Notes: a model not told the origin generated them from the letters alone. 32,000 bases of DNA from Candidatus Electrothrix sp. GW3-4 (GCF_037902255.1 NZ_CP147990.1:1980001-2012000); one strand, 5' to 3'. Counted from the stretch's first letter, positions 1-9,182 are shown. Made by a program: numbers and translations.

Positions 1-67
1 CGGGTATCGTTTTTAGATGAGTACGAAGAGCGCAACACGTGCCAAAGTCAGGCAATGATGGAGCAGC

Positions 68-580
68 TCAGTCGCGCAAATAACTGGCTATCTCTTCGGC
101 ACGCTCTAAACTTGTCTTTCCCTTGACCGATATTTCTATATCTGCCAGCTTACGGTACAGAGGCAGGCGCTCCCTAAAGAGTTTTTCAGCCTGTTTCAGA
201 TCCGTCAGGAGGGGGCGTTTTTTTATTTTCTTTTTTACATTTGGGTGATTACATATGGAATGATAGATATCTTCCACCGTGGAATGCAGGTAAATAACCC
301 TCCCTAATCTGTTCAAATTCCTGACCTTTAAAAAACCGCCACCAGTGGACACGATGGTTCCGCGGACATAATATTCCAACCAATCTGCCACCTTCTGTTC
401 CAGTTGACGGAACCCGGCCTCCCCCTGATTGGCAAAAATATTTCTTATCTTTTTATTGACCATGCTTTCAAGCAGGTCATCAGTATCCACAGCAAAACGA
501 CCGGTTTGGCTGGCAAGGGCCCGTGCTGTTCTCCCTTTGCCCACCCCCATGAAACCGATCAGGATAATATTATCAGCCAT
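68..580 (-). CDS. aroK: shikimate kinase
   Basis: ORF 68..637. An internal ATG at 578-580 gives MADNIILIGFMGVGKGRTARALA with the P-loop right at the N-terminus, as in AroK. The 637 start is a TTG adding 19 basic residues. About 170 aa, with DTDDLLE and STGGG blocks. Confidence 0.85.
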   Translation of the reverse strand: MADNIILIGFMGVGKGRTARALASQTGRFAVDTDDLLESMVNKKIRNIFANQGEAGFRQLEQKVADWLEYYVRGTIVSTGGGFLKVRNLNRLGRVIYLHSTVEDIYHSICNHPNVKKKIKKRPLLTDLKQAEKLFRERLPLYRKLADIEISVKGKTSLERAEEIASYLRD

Positions 581-767
581 ATTATTGTTCTTTCTGTTCC
601 GCTTCTCTTCACGAACCTGAACCGCAACATTGGGCAAGTACGATCAAGCGTAGGTTAGTGGTAATGGATCAGTCACGAGTATCCTACGATAGTTCTTAAA
701 AAAAGGATTGTAAAACGTAAAGCAGAATCTGTAAAATGAATTTTAGGACAAAAAATTGCCCCCTCTT

Positions 768-1919
768 TTAGTCCAGGGTTGAAGGGGGCGTCACCCTCCT
801 GAATTGCAGCCATTCCTGATAGTTCCCCCCAAGCACTGGCCAACTATACGCTTCTGTTAACCTCCTTGCCTCTACCTTGGTCAACGAGCAAGGTGCTGCC
901 AATAATTGACAGAGATGCCCTCCCAATTCACCTTCCGCATACCTGTATTCTTGTGGAAAAAGCTCTCTGTAAGAAAGACGATCCGGCACCACAGGACGGC
1001 AACCAGCCCGCACGCCCTCTAACACTGAGATCCCGAAAAACTCGTGGCGGGCCGTTGATACAATAAAATCACCCTGGATGAGCAGACGGGCATATTCCTC
1101 CCGGCTTTTCACATAGCCAAAGTGGAGTACCCTGTCCTGAAAAACTGTTCTGGCCAGGGCAAAGATCTTTGGTTGGGAGCGGAAATGCTGGCCAAGAACA
1201 ATAATCTTAAAAAAATAGTCTTCAGCCAGGGTAAACAGGGTATGGAAAAACGTCTCAGGGTCTTTATCATGTTCCCAACGATGATTCCAAACAATAACAG
1301 GCGCGCTCTTTTTTTCCTTCTGTTGCCTACGGGCTGCTGCCGGTATTTCCGTTTCCTCGAACAGGGCATCAATCTTCCCAAAATCAATGCCAGGATACAG
1401 GATAACGGACTTTGCCTGAATCTGTTCTTCAAGATGGCGCAGCTCCATGTCTGTTGACTTTTTCAGAAAGAGACGAACCCCTGCAAGAAAGGTCTCCTGA
1501 TTATAGCGGCTGTTAAAGGCAAGGCGATCCGCGCACAGGGCTGAGGTGAAATTAATGGCGATGAACTGCAATATGCCAGGATCATGCACCTGGCCAGGGT
1601 AACTGAACTGATTCTCATGAAAATATATCGCCAGCGGAAGACGTATTCCCTGGGCGGCCAAGAGACTGCGCAACACGGCAACATCGAGAAAGGTGGAGGT
1701 CAGGATGCCATCAAAGCAGATCCCCTGCGTAATCATCGTGAGAATCCGTTCAGCAAACCAGGGTGCAGCCAGCTGCATCCGCATCTTCCATTTTCTCGGA
1801 GAAAGCGAGAGCAGGGTGAAACGACAAGCAAGCTGCTGCTGTAACCCGACCAAAAAGGCCTTATGAGAGCCTCCATAATACGGTTCCAGCAGAAGGATAT
1901 GCTGTGACTCGTTATCCAT
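768..1919 (-). CDS. DUF3524 N-terminal domain + GT4 glycosyltransferase, homologue of eukaryotic GTDC1/QTMAN (tRNA-queuosine mannosyltransferase family)
   Basis: 383-aa ORF with ATG at 1917-1919. Blocks ILLLEPYYGGSHKAF, IYFHENQFSYP, VIVWNHRWEHDKDPETFF and STARHEFFGISVLEG match the conserved blocks I recall from human GTDC1 (FYGGSHKQL, YFHENQLIYP, VWPHRWEHDKDPESFF, STAKHEFFGVAMLEA). Confidence 0.8.
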   Translation of the reverse strand: MDNESQHILLLEPYYGGSHKAFLVGLQQQLACRFTLLSLSPRKWKMRMQLAAPWFAERILTMITQGICFDGILTSTFLDVAVLRSLLAAQGIRLPLAIYFHENQFSYPGQVHDPGILQFIAINFTSALCADRLAFNSRYNQETFLAGVRLFLKKSTDMELRHLEEQIQAKSVILYPGIDFGKIDALFEETEIPAAARRQQKEKKSAPVIVWNHRWEHDKDPETFFHTLFTLAEDYFFKIIVLGQHFRSQPKIFALARTVFQDRVLHFGYVKSREEYARLLIQGDFIVSTARHEFFGISVLEGVRAGCRPVVPDRLSYRELFPQEYRYAEGELGGHLCQLLAAPCSLTKVEARRLTEAYSWPVLGGNYQEWLQFRRVTPPSTLD

Positions 1920-2164
1920 AGTTATTTACCCGAAAGACTTCAATGTTTCCTCAAACAGTTATCCAGTTATACTCCAAAAGGCAAGCTTTTGCTACTTTTT
2001 GCTCCTCATAGATCCTGTTGATAAAAAAAGGAGAGGTTCTCTTTATCTTTTTTTCCTGCTATTGTTCAAACAAGATACGAGAACATTTCCCTAAAGGCTC
2101 TGAAGGTACAGGCATATCATCCAGGGCCAGGAAAACGGTCCCTACTTCACATAAAGGGAGAGCC

Positions 2165-5137
2165 ATGAACAGCGAAGAGCATGATCCCCATTTTAAGATC
2201 TTCCATGAACTCATGCAATTCAGGGTACAGGAGATCCTGCTGGTCTCCAGTCCTTATGATGCCTATATCCTGGAGGAGGATGGCTCGATGGCATCAAGGA
2301 TCATCAATGAATATCACGGATTAAACCTCTCCCGCCCACCCCGCATCACTCGTACTGCCAATGCAGAGCAGGCCTTGGAACTGTTAGCAAAACAGCATTT
2401 CGATCTGGTGGTCACCATGGCCCATCTCAATGGCATGGCGGGTTGTGAATTCGGGGTGAAAATCAAAAAACTGTATCCAGACATCCCGATTATCCTGCTC
2501 ACCCATTCAGTGCGGGATGCCGTGAATCAAGTCGGTTTTTTTACAGAACCCTGCTTTGACAACAGCTACACCTGGTGCTGCGACTCCTCCATCATGCTGG
2601 CCCTGGTCAAAAACGCCGAAGATCAGCGCAATGTGGATCATGATACCGAGAAGGCCATGGTTCGAGTGATCTTGCTGGTGGAAGACTCTCCCCTTCACCG
2701 CTCCATCCTCCTGCCCATGCTCTACGAGGAACTGGTCGAGCAAACCCTGGCAGTGTTGGACGAGGGACTCAACGAGCAACATCGTCTTCTCAAGATGCGA
2801 GCCCGGCCAAAGATTCTCACGGCAGCAAGCTACGAAGAGGCGCTCTTTCTCTTTAGCCGCTATCGTCCCTACATCTTCTCAGTGATGTCTGACGTTCGTT
2901 TCCCCAGAAATGGGGAAGAATCAGCATCAGCAGGCTACGAGCTGCTCAGTAAAATTCGTTCACAGATTTCTGATCTACCGCTGCTCATGCTCAGTTCAGA
3001 GGCAGAGAACAGAGAGCTGGCCTATCAAATTCCAGCCGTTTTTATTAAAAAGACACCTCATTCCATGGCTGAGGAACTGCATAATTTCTTTATCCACCAT
3101 CTCGGCTTTGGGGACTTCATCTTTCGTACCCCTGAAGGTATGGAGGTTGGCAGGGCATCCACTCTCTACGAATTTGAACAGCGGCTGGCCACTGTTCCCG
3201 CAGATTCCCTGCTCTATCATGCCCGCTATAATCATTTCTCCAACTGGGTCATGGCTCGGGCCGAGGTCTCGCTTGCTGCTCGTCTCCATAAAGACCAAAT
3301 CAGCGGCATAGAGGATTGCTCTGTCCTGCGTCAGAATCTTATAACCAAAGTTCGCGCCCTGCGAGAGGCGAGACAACAGGGGGTCATGACCCGTTTTTCA
3401 ATCCGAGACTATGACCCGGAAGTGACTGAATTTACCCGCATTGGCAGGGGGTCAGTGGGAGGAAAGGCCAGAGGGATAGCCTTTATGGCCTCGGAGTTGC
3501 ATCAGGCCCGGTACCAGCAGGCGCTGTTCAAAGAGAACAGGGTCAAGATTCCGCAGACCTGTGTCATTGCGGCCTCTGGCTTCAAAGATTTCATCCGTCT
3601 CAATAAGCTGCAACCGGATGAACAACTCCCTGATCATGAGATAGAACAGCAGTTCCTTGCCGGGAGTTTACCTGACTGGTTGTCGAACGACCTGAAGGCC
3701 TATATGAAAAATATTCATTACCCCCTCTCTGTCCGCTCCTCCAGCCTGTTGGAAGATGCCCGTTATCGCCCCTATGCCGGGCTCTACCACACCTGTATGC
3801 TGAAAAATCAGGCGCTCGATTTTGACGAGCGCTTGAAGCATGTTATCCGGGCTGTAAAACGGGTGTATGCCTCAACCTGGTTTGAAGGCCCAAGATCCTA
3901 TTCCCGTTCCATTGGCCAGACCAGAGCCGATGCAATGGCTGTTATCATCCAGCAGGCCGTGGGGAGACAATACGGCCTTTTTTTCTATCCCGCTCTATCC
4001 GGGGTGGCCCAATCCTATAACTATTATCCTGTGGATCCCATGCAGGCCGAGGACGGAATTGTCCATTTAGCGACCGGTTTTGGCAAGACCGTGGTTGAGG
4101 GGGAACAAAGCCTTCGCTTTTGCCCGGCCTATCCTCAGCACATGCCCCAGTTCTCCACGGTTGAGGATATGCTCAATAATGCCCAGCGGCATTTTTACTG
4201 CCTTGCCTGCGACGCAGGGGCAGAGCCGGTCGGCACCATAGCGCTTCGCCAGCTTGAGGAGGCAACAGATGAGGAGGCTATCCAATTTCTCTCTTCAACC
4301 TATATCCCAGAGGAGCACAGGATCCGTGACAGCCGGGTTCCTGGTCCCAAGGTCCTGACCTTTGCCCCCATCCTCAAGTACGATGTCTACCCCCTGGCCG
4401 CCTTACTCAAAGAGGTGTTGGCTCTGGGCCGTGCAGGCATGGGTTGTGAGATCGAGGTCGAATTTGCCGTTGATCTGGCAGAAAATCCAGCCGAGTCTGT
4501 TTTCTATTTCTTGCAGATCCGTCCTATTGTGGTCGGCAACGAGATGGAGCAGCTGCGAATTACAGAAGAGGAAAGAGAGAGGGCTTTTCTCTCTTCAAGC
4601 GATGCCCTTGGCTACGGATGTCATGATACCCTGCAGGACATTGTCTTTGTCCGGCCAGACATCTTTGATCGGGCAAAAACGCAAGACTATGCGCAGGTAA
4701 TTGGCAAAATCAACAGAACACTTCATCAGCGTGAGCGACCTTACCTGCTGATCGGACCGGGACGCTGGGGCACTGCTGACCCCTGGCTCGGGATTCCGGT
4801 ACAGTGGCGGGATATTTCCGGGGTGGGTGCCGTTGTGGAGCTGCAGGACGGGGCAGTGCGGGCCGAGGCCTCTCAAGGATCACATTTTTTCCAAAATATT
4901 ACATCATTGGGGATTCCATACCTCATGATCAGGAACCAAAATAATGATGATAGCATCGATTGGGACTGGCTCCTTGCTCAGGAAAGAGTAAGTGGACAGG
5001 GAGGGGTCTGCCATGTTCGACTTGCCCATCCCTTTACACTCAAGGTGGATGGAGAGAGGAATGAGGCGGTTGCTTTTGTTCAGGAGAACAAATTTCAGAA
5101 GAATAAATGCAGCAAGACAGCCAAGCCCTTCTCCTAA
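2165..5137 (+). CDS. two CheY-like receiver domains fused to a PEP synthase/PPDK-type ATP-grasp nucleotide-binding domain (PPDK_N-like)
   Basis: ORF 2018..5137. The likely start is the ATG at 2165, preceded by aaagggagag. Receiver 1 (QEILLVSSPYD...FDLVVTMAHLNGM) has no Asp at the acceptor position. Receiver 2 (ILLVEDSP...SVMSDVRFP) keeps it. The PPDK_N pattern is SVGGKARGIAF, SVRSSSLLEDA..YAGLYHT, VKRVYASTWF, MAVIIQ, GFGKTVVEG, EIEVEFAVD...FLQIRP. Confidence 0.8.
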   Translation: MNSEEHDPHFKIFHELMQFRVQEILLVSSPYDAYILEEDGSMASRIINEYHGLNLSRPPRITRTANAEQALELLAKQHFDLVVTMAHLNGMAGCEFGVKIKKLYPDIPIILLTHSVRDAVNQVGFFTEPCFDNSYTWCCDSSIMLALVKNAEDQRNVDHDTEKAMVRVILLVEDSPLHRSILLPMLYEELVEQTLAVLDEGLNEQHRLLKMRARPKILTAASYEEALFLFSRYRPYIFSVMSDVRFPRNGEESASAGYELLSKIRSQISDLPLLMLSSEAENRELAYQIPAVFIKKTPHSMAEELHNFFIHHLGFGDFIFRTPEGMEVGRASTLYEFEQRLATVPADSLLYHARYNHFSNWVMARAEVSLAARLHKDQISGIEDCSVLRQNLITKVRALREARQQGVMTRFSIRDYDPEVTEFTRIGRGSVGGKARGIAFMASELHQARYQQALFKENRVKIPQTCVIAASGFKDFIRLNKLQPDEQLPDHEIEQQFLAGSLPDWLSNDLKAYMKNIHYPLSVRSSSLLEDARYRPYAGLYHTCMLKNQALDFDERLKHVIRAVKRVYASTWFEGPRSYSRSIGQTRADAMAVIIQQAVGRQYGLFFYPALSGVAQSYNYYPVDPMQAEDGIVHLATGFGKTVVEGEQSLRFCPAYPQHMPQFSTVEDMLNNAQRHFYCLACDAGAEPVGTIALRQLEEATDEEAIQFLSSTYIPEEHRIRDSRVPGPKVLTFAPILKYDVYPLAALLKEVLALGRAGMGCEIEVEFAVDLAENPAESVFYFLQIRPIVVGNEMEQLRITEEERERAFLSSSDALGYGCHDTLQDIVFVRPDIFDRAKTQDYAQVIGKINRTLHQRERPYLLIGPGRWGTADPWLGIPVQWRDISGVGAVVELQDGAVRAEASQGSHFFQNITSLGIPYLMIRNQNNDDSIDWDWLLAQERVSGQGGVCHVRLAHPFTLKVDGERNEAVAFVQENKFQKNKCSKTAKPFS

Positions 5138-5146
5138 GAAAACCTT

Positions 5147-6532
5147 ATGCGCATCCTTCTTATCCGCCCTCCCCGTCCGCCCAGGGCCATTACCATTGGT
5201 GAATTCATGTTCTGTGAGCCCTTGGGGCTGGAAGCAGTCTATGGGGTATTACAGGAACAGAAAAAACACCAAGTCACTATCCTGGATATGATGGCAGAGC
5301 AGGTGGATATTAAGCAATACCTGAGGGACCAGCAACCAGAGGCGGTGGGGATCACGGCGCTCTGTATAGATGTGGAGAATGTGTTGGCACTGGCCCGAAC
5401 CGTTAAGGCTATTGAACAAAACATTCCTGTGGTGGTGGGTGGCACCCAGGCCCAGCTCATGCCCCAGGCCTTTGCTGAGCCTGCTGTTGATTACGTGATG
5501 CACCACACCACAGCAGAGGGACTGCATAACCTCTTTGAGGTCTTAGCAAGTTCGGCTGATCCAGAGAAGATCAGAAAAAAAATTCCCGGTGTGCTCACGA
5601 TGAAAGACGGTATTCCTGCAAACATCCGTCTCCAGAGAAACGAATACCTGGTGCCAGACCGCAGCTCTTGTGTACCGTACAGGGACCAATATAGTTATTT
5701 CGGCTATAGGCCCTGCGCCCTGCTCCAAACCTCCCAGGGATGCTGTCAATGCTGCACCTTTTGCCTGCGCTGGCGCCTTGAAGGCGGCAAAGAGACCCAC
5801 CAGGACATGGAGATCATCTTTGCCCAGATTCGAAAAATCCGCGAACCCAGCATCATGATCATTGATAATGATTTCCTCTGCCATGCTGAACGGCTGGAAG
5901 AGCTCTGTGCTTTTCTTGCTCAGGAAAAAATCGAAAAAAACTTTCTCTGCTACGGATCGGTACGGAGCATCCTGCATAATCGGGCAAGCGTGAGCCGCTT
6001 TGCTGGCCACGGCCTCAAGGCGGTGCTGGTGGGGTATGAGTCCTTTAGCCCCAGTGAACTGGCAAGCTATCAAAAAAAGGCCACGGTTGAAGAAAATCTG
6101 GAGGCAGCAGGTCTACTACGGCAATGGGGCGTGGATGCCTGGGCCTCGTTCATCATGCACCCAGATTGGGACCATGCGGACTTCAAGGCCTTTCGCCGTT
6201 ATATCCGCCAACTGCGGCCAGAGATCTCTTCGCTCTCGCCCCTGACCCCCTTTCCCGGCCTGCCTGCCTTTCGGAAATTCCAGGACCGACTCCTCTTTGA
6301 CGTGCAGGAGTATGAGCAGTGGAGCTTTGGCAATATCGCCATCCGTCCCAGCAAGATGAGTTTGCAGGCCTATTACGCCGAGGTGTTATTGACCAATCTT
6401 CAGGTTAATTTTTTCATGAATAATGCCTTTTACCTGGTGCGACGCTTTGGGTTGGCCACCCTGCTGCGCCTCAGTGTCGGTGGGACACGCCTGACCTGGC
6501 GCTATCTGGCTGCGATGTGGCGGGCTGGGTGA
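5147..6532 (+). CDS. B12-binding domain radical SAM protein (class B-like)
   Basis: 461-aa ORF starting 10 nt after the upstream stop. N-terminus MRILLIRPP...VGITALC...VVVGG resembles a cobalamin-binding domain. The CxxxCxxC cluster motif lies in SQGCCQCCTFC. Confidence 0.85.
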   Translation: MRILLIRPPRPPRAITIGEFMFCEPLGLEAVYGVLQEQKKHQVTILDMMAEQVDIKQYLRDQQPEAVGITALCIDVENVLALARTVKAIEQNIPVVVGGTQAQLMPQAFAEPAVDYVMHHTTAEGLHNLFEVLASSADPEKIRKKIPGVLTMKDGIPANIRLQRNEYLVPDRSSCVPYRDQYSYFGYRPCALLQTSQGCCQCCTFCLRWRLEGGKETHQDMEIIFAQIRKIREPSIMIIDNDFLCHAERLEELCAFLAQEKIEKNFLCYGSVRSILHNRASVSRFAGHGLKAVLVGYESFSPSELASYQKKATVEENLEAAGLLRQWGVDAWASFIMHPDWDHADFKAFRRYIRQLRPEISSLSPLTPFPGLPAFRKFQDRLLFDVQEYEQWSFGNIAIRPSKMSLQAYYAEVLLTNLQVNFFMNNAFYLVRRFGLATLLRLSVGGTRLTWRYLAAMWRAG

Positions 6533-6586
6533 TGAAGCAGAACGACCAGCAGCATCCATTGAGGATACTGCTGGCCGTTTGGAGAA

Positions 6587-7669
6587 TCAGTTGGATCCGT
6601 TGTTGGTTAACACCAGAGGATTCTTGCAGGAAGGATCTGCCTGTGAAGGCGTTGCATCAGGAAAGAAGGTACGGATTCCTTGAGCTCGGCGAACAAAGAC
6701 CGTCTTAAAACCAACATCACCGTCCTGTATGCCTAAAATGCAAGCTGTGCTGTTGTTACTGGAGGTAGGGTTCTCGGCAAAAGCGCGAGTGACGACTTTC
6801 AGCATATCCACAGCGCTTAAGGTAAATCCATATCCTTTGATGGAGGAGCTTGCCCAACCTCCATGAACCTGCTTCATTCGAACCCCCATCGAATAGATCC
6901 CCTTCTCCTTGTCAACTTCGTTCTTTTCAAAGTTGGGCAGACGACAGGCCTCACCGCTTGCCTGCAGCTGCTGATAACGTCCATGAAAATGCAATCCCCC
7001 TATTTCCCCCTCGGGTTGACCGCAAAAAATATGGTCAAAGGCAGCAAGGGCATACCATGCATCTGCAAGATCATCAAGATAAGCTATCTGATCTTCATAC
7101 GCAGCACGACCACCAAAGACCTTGCCACCCGTATACTCCATAAGATCGGCAAGGACCTCTGGATGTGCTAACAGCAGCTCCTTAAATTCTTCCTTTGTGG
7201 TTTCCTTGCCCGCAGGCCCACATACGGCATTAACAGCCTTGCCAAAGGATTCGATCAATGGAGCCACAGGCGTAATATCAACGTTGCCTCCAACGCCAAC
7301 AGTAACCTTGTTATCTACTTCATCAAAAAAGGGGAGGCAGCTGTCAGATCCTCCAGAACCCGTGCCGGAATTATCATATTCACCGCAAGAAAGACTTGCC
7401 CATTTCCTTTTTCCTGCAATCCCCAGATGAACGTGGCTGGCATTGTCTTTTTTATTTTCTCCGTAAGCCACATACACCTTACCCATCTCCAGATCAACAG
7501 CACCTCGGTCGTTGCGGATAGCCGTTGTTGCCTGACACGATTTTGTTATTTTGAAGCCCTTTGGTTCAGAGAAGTTTGCCTGTGCCCAAGCGGTCGCAGC
7601 AAAGGAAGCAAACAGCACCCCTGCTCCTAATGAACAAACCAATCCATTAACAACTCGTTTTTTTTCCAT
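6587..7669 (-). CDS. Sec-secreted EndoU/XendoU-like endoribonuclease domain protein
   Basis: ATG at 7667-7669 preceded by aaaggggggg. Signal peptide LVCSLGAGVLFASFAATAWAQA. The C-terminal half carries the EndoU pattern: DDLADAWYAL..AFDHIFCGQ (first His), GGLHFHGRY (second His), SSSIKGYGFTLSAVD (Lys/Ser block). Compare human ENDOU FEHVFSGE, GFHNWIRFY, KEVGSAFIGSSPEFE. Confidence 0.65.
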   Translation of the reverse strand: MEKKRVVNGLVCSLGAGVLFASFAATAWAQANFSEPKGFKITKSCQATTAIRNDRGAVDLEMGKVYVAYGENKKDNASHVHLGIAGKRKWASLSCGEYDNSGTGSGGSDSCLPFFDEVDNKVTVGVGGNVDITPVAPLIESFGKAVNAVCGPAGKETTKEEFKELLLAHPEVLADLMEYTGGKVFGGRAAYEDQIAYLDDLADAWYALAAFDHIFCGQPEGEIGGLHFHGRYQQLQASGEACRLPNFEKNEVDKEKGIYSMGVRMKQVHGGWASSSIKGYGFTLSAVDMLKVVTRAFAENPTSSNNSTACILGIQDGDVGFKTVFVRRAQGIRTFFPDATPSQADPSCKNPLVLTNNGSN

Positions 7670-7760
7670 ATCCCCCCCTTTTTCTGTTCAGTTCAAGACA
7701 ATAGTTCTCCAGTACATGTTTTACCACAAACTATTACCTAATATCAGCAGGAAGCTCAGG

Positions 7761-9158
7761 TTACGGCTGAACAGTCTCGCTTGCCCCCTCCTTGCCAAGG
7801 AGGAAGTTAATAATGATGGTCATAAAGCTCGCATCATTCTCTTCCACAATCTCCACGTAGCCCTCACCTCCAGCTTCGTTTCCTCCTGTCAGATCAAAGG
7901 CCGCACCGTCAGGATCAACATGGCGGCGCAGGTTGTTCAGGTATTCCTGGAGATCACTATAACCGTCCTGGTCATAATCGCTGGTGCTGCTGGCTGTGCT
8001 CAGGGTGCCGAAAAAGAGCTGTTCCCAGTGATCATCTATACCGTCCTCGTCTGTATCCGTGAACATGGCCGCTGCGGTCTCATTGATCAGTTTGACTGAG
8101 CTATTGCCATAGGCCCCCATATCCACAGCTTGACCGGCCAGAGTCAGGCCGGTGCCGATGCAGGGTGAATCCGAGGCGAGCAGGTAGCCATCCGTGAAGC
8201 GCGGATCAAGGGAGATACCGCCTTCTCCTGCTGCGATGCCCACATAGTCACCGCCTTTATTATTGTATACGTCGTTGCGGGCCAGCTTATCAATGGCCTT
8301 GCCCTTGCTGATAATACCGTCGCCCTTGTTACTGACCACGATATTATTGATGACCGTGGCCGGGCTGTTGCCGCCAGCTGCGATGCCGTCCCCTTTATTG
8401 TCAACAATGGTGTTGTTGATTACCAGAGGCATGACATTGCCTTGCAGGCGGATGCCGTGCCGATTATCCGTGATGATGTTGCGGGCGATCAGGGGCATCT
8501 GCTTGGCCCCGCTGATATTGATGGCAGCGGCATTGCCGTTCTTTTTGCTGTTGCGCAGGGTGAAGCCGATCACGCCGCCGACCCGCACGCCCTGGAAGGT
8601 GATGACATCGTCTTTGCCGTTGCCGTCAATGATCGTCTCTGCCGGGTCGTCGGACAGGGCGACAAGGTAGACACCGTCTTTGAGTTTCAGCTTGGATTCC
8701 ACATAGGTTCCGGGCTGGACGCAGACATTGCCGCCGAAATTGGTGATGGCGACGTAGTTGGCTGCGGCCTGGATGGTGGTGAAGTTGTCCGGTACTGTGG
8801 TGGCGCATTGGATGGGGATGGACGAGGCATCTGTTGGGTCGGAACCGGCCTCATATTCCTCAAGGTTGCTGTAGCCGTCGTTGTCCGCATCCTCAAAGAG
8901 TTCATGGGAGAAATTGCCGAAATACTGCTGCTCCCAGGCATCGGGCAGGCCGTCGCCGTCGCTGTCGTCGGGGGTGATGGTGCGGACGGCGGTTATGTTG
9001 CCGTTGGCATCGTACTCGTAGCGGATGGAGGTGTTGTCGCCGCTTGCGCTTGCGGTCAGCTGATTAAGGTCGTTATAGCTGAAGGTGCTTGCGGCGCAGA
9101 GAGGCGGGGTAAGGGTTGCTGTGAGCAGGGTTACTATAATACAGCCTTTATTTTTCAT
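7761..9158 (-). CDS. Sec-secreted right-handed beta-helix protein with one YD repeat and two thrombospondin-type-3-like Ca-binding modules
   Basis: ORF 7761..9314. The realistic start is the ATG at 9156-9158 (MKNKGCIIVTLLTATLTPPLCAAS signal peptide); upstream codons are translated REP sequence. YD repeat IRYEYDANGNITAV. Ca-binding modules DSDGDGLPDAWEQQYFG...DADNDGYSNLEEYEAGSDP and DTDEDGIDDHWEQLFFG...DYDQDGYSDLQEY. Parallel beta-helix repeats NIITDNRHGIRLQGN, NNTIVDNKGDGIAAGG, NNIVVSNKGDGIISKG. Confidence 0.75.
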   Translation of the reverse strand: MKNKGCIIVTLLTATLTPPLCAASTFSYNDLNQLTASASGDNTSIRYEYDANGNITAVRTITPDDSDGDGLPDAWEQQYFGNFSHELFEDADNDGYSNLEEYEAGSDPTDASSIPIQCATTVPDNFTTIQAAANYVAITNFGGNVCVQPGTYVESKLKLKDGVYLVALSDDPAETIIDGNGKDDVITFQGVRVGGVIGFTLRNSKKNGNAAAINISGAKQMPLIARNIITDNRHGIRLQGNVMPLVINNTIVDNKGDGIAAGGNSPATVINNIVVSNKGDGIISKGKAIDKLARNDVYNNKGGDYVGIAAGEGGISLDPRFTDGYLLASDSPCIGTGLTLAGQAVDMGAYGNSSVKLINETAAAMFTDTDEDGIDDHWEQLFFGTLSTASSTSDYDQDGYSDLQEYLNNLRRHVDPDGAAFDLTGGNEAGGEGYVEIVEENDASFMTIIINFLLGKEGASETVQP

Positions 9159-9182
9159 TGAAGCAGACCTTTTTGTTTTTAT

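Noticed and set aside
1980-1992. Sigma54-like GGCAAGCTTTTGC upstream of the receiver/ATP-grasp gene
   Set aside because: GG and GC are separated by 9 nt rather than the strict 10, so it is out of register with the -24/-12 consensus.
2018-2164. 49-codon N-terminal extension of the receiver/ATP-grasp ORF (TTG start)
   Set aside because: It uses a non-ATG start, has odd composition (FIFFSCYCSNK) and has no SD. The ATG at 2165 has a good aaagggagag SD and begins right before the receiver domain.
8263-9161. 135-aa and 239-aa plus-strand ORFs
   Set aside because: They lie antisense to the beta-helix gene and have a repetitive G/D/V/A composition that mirrors its repeats. There is no independent support.
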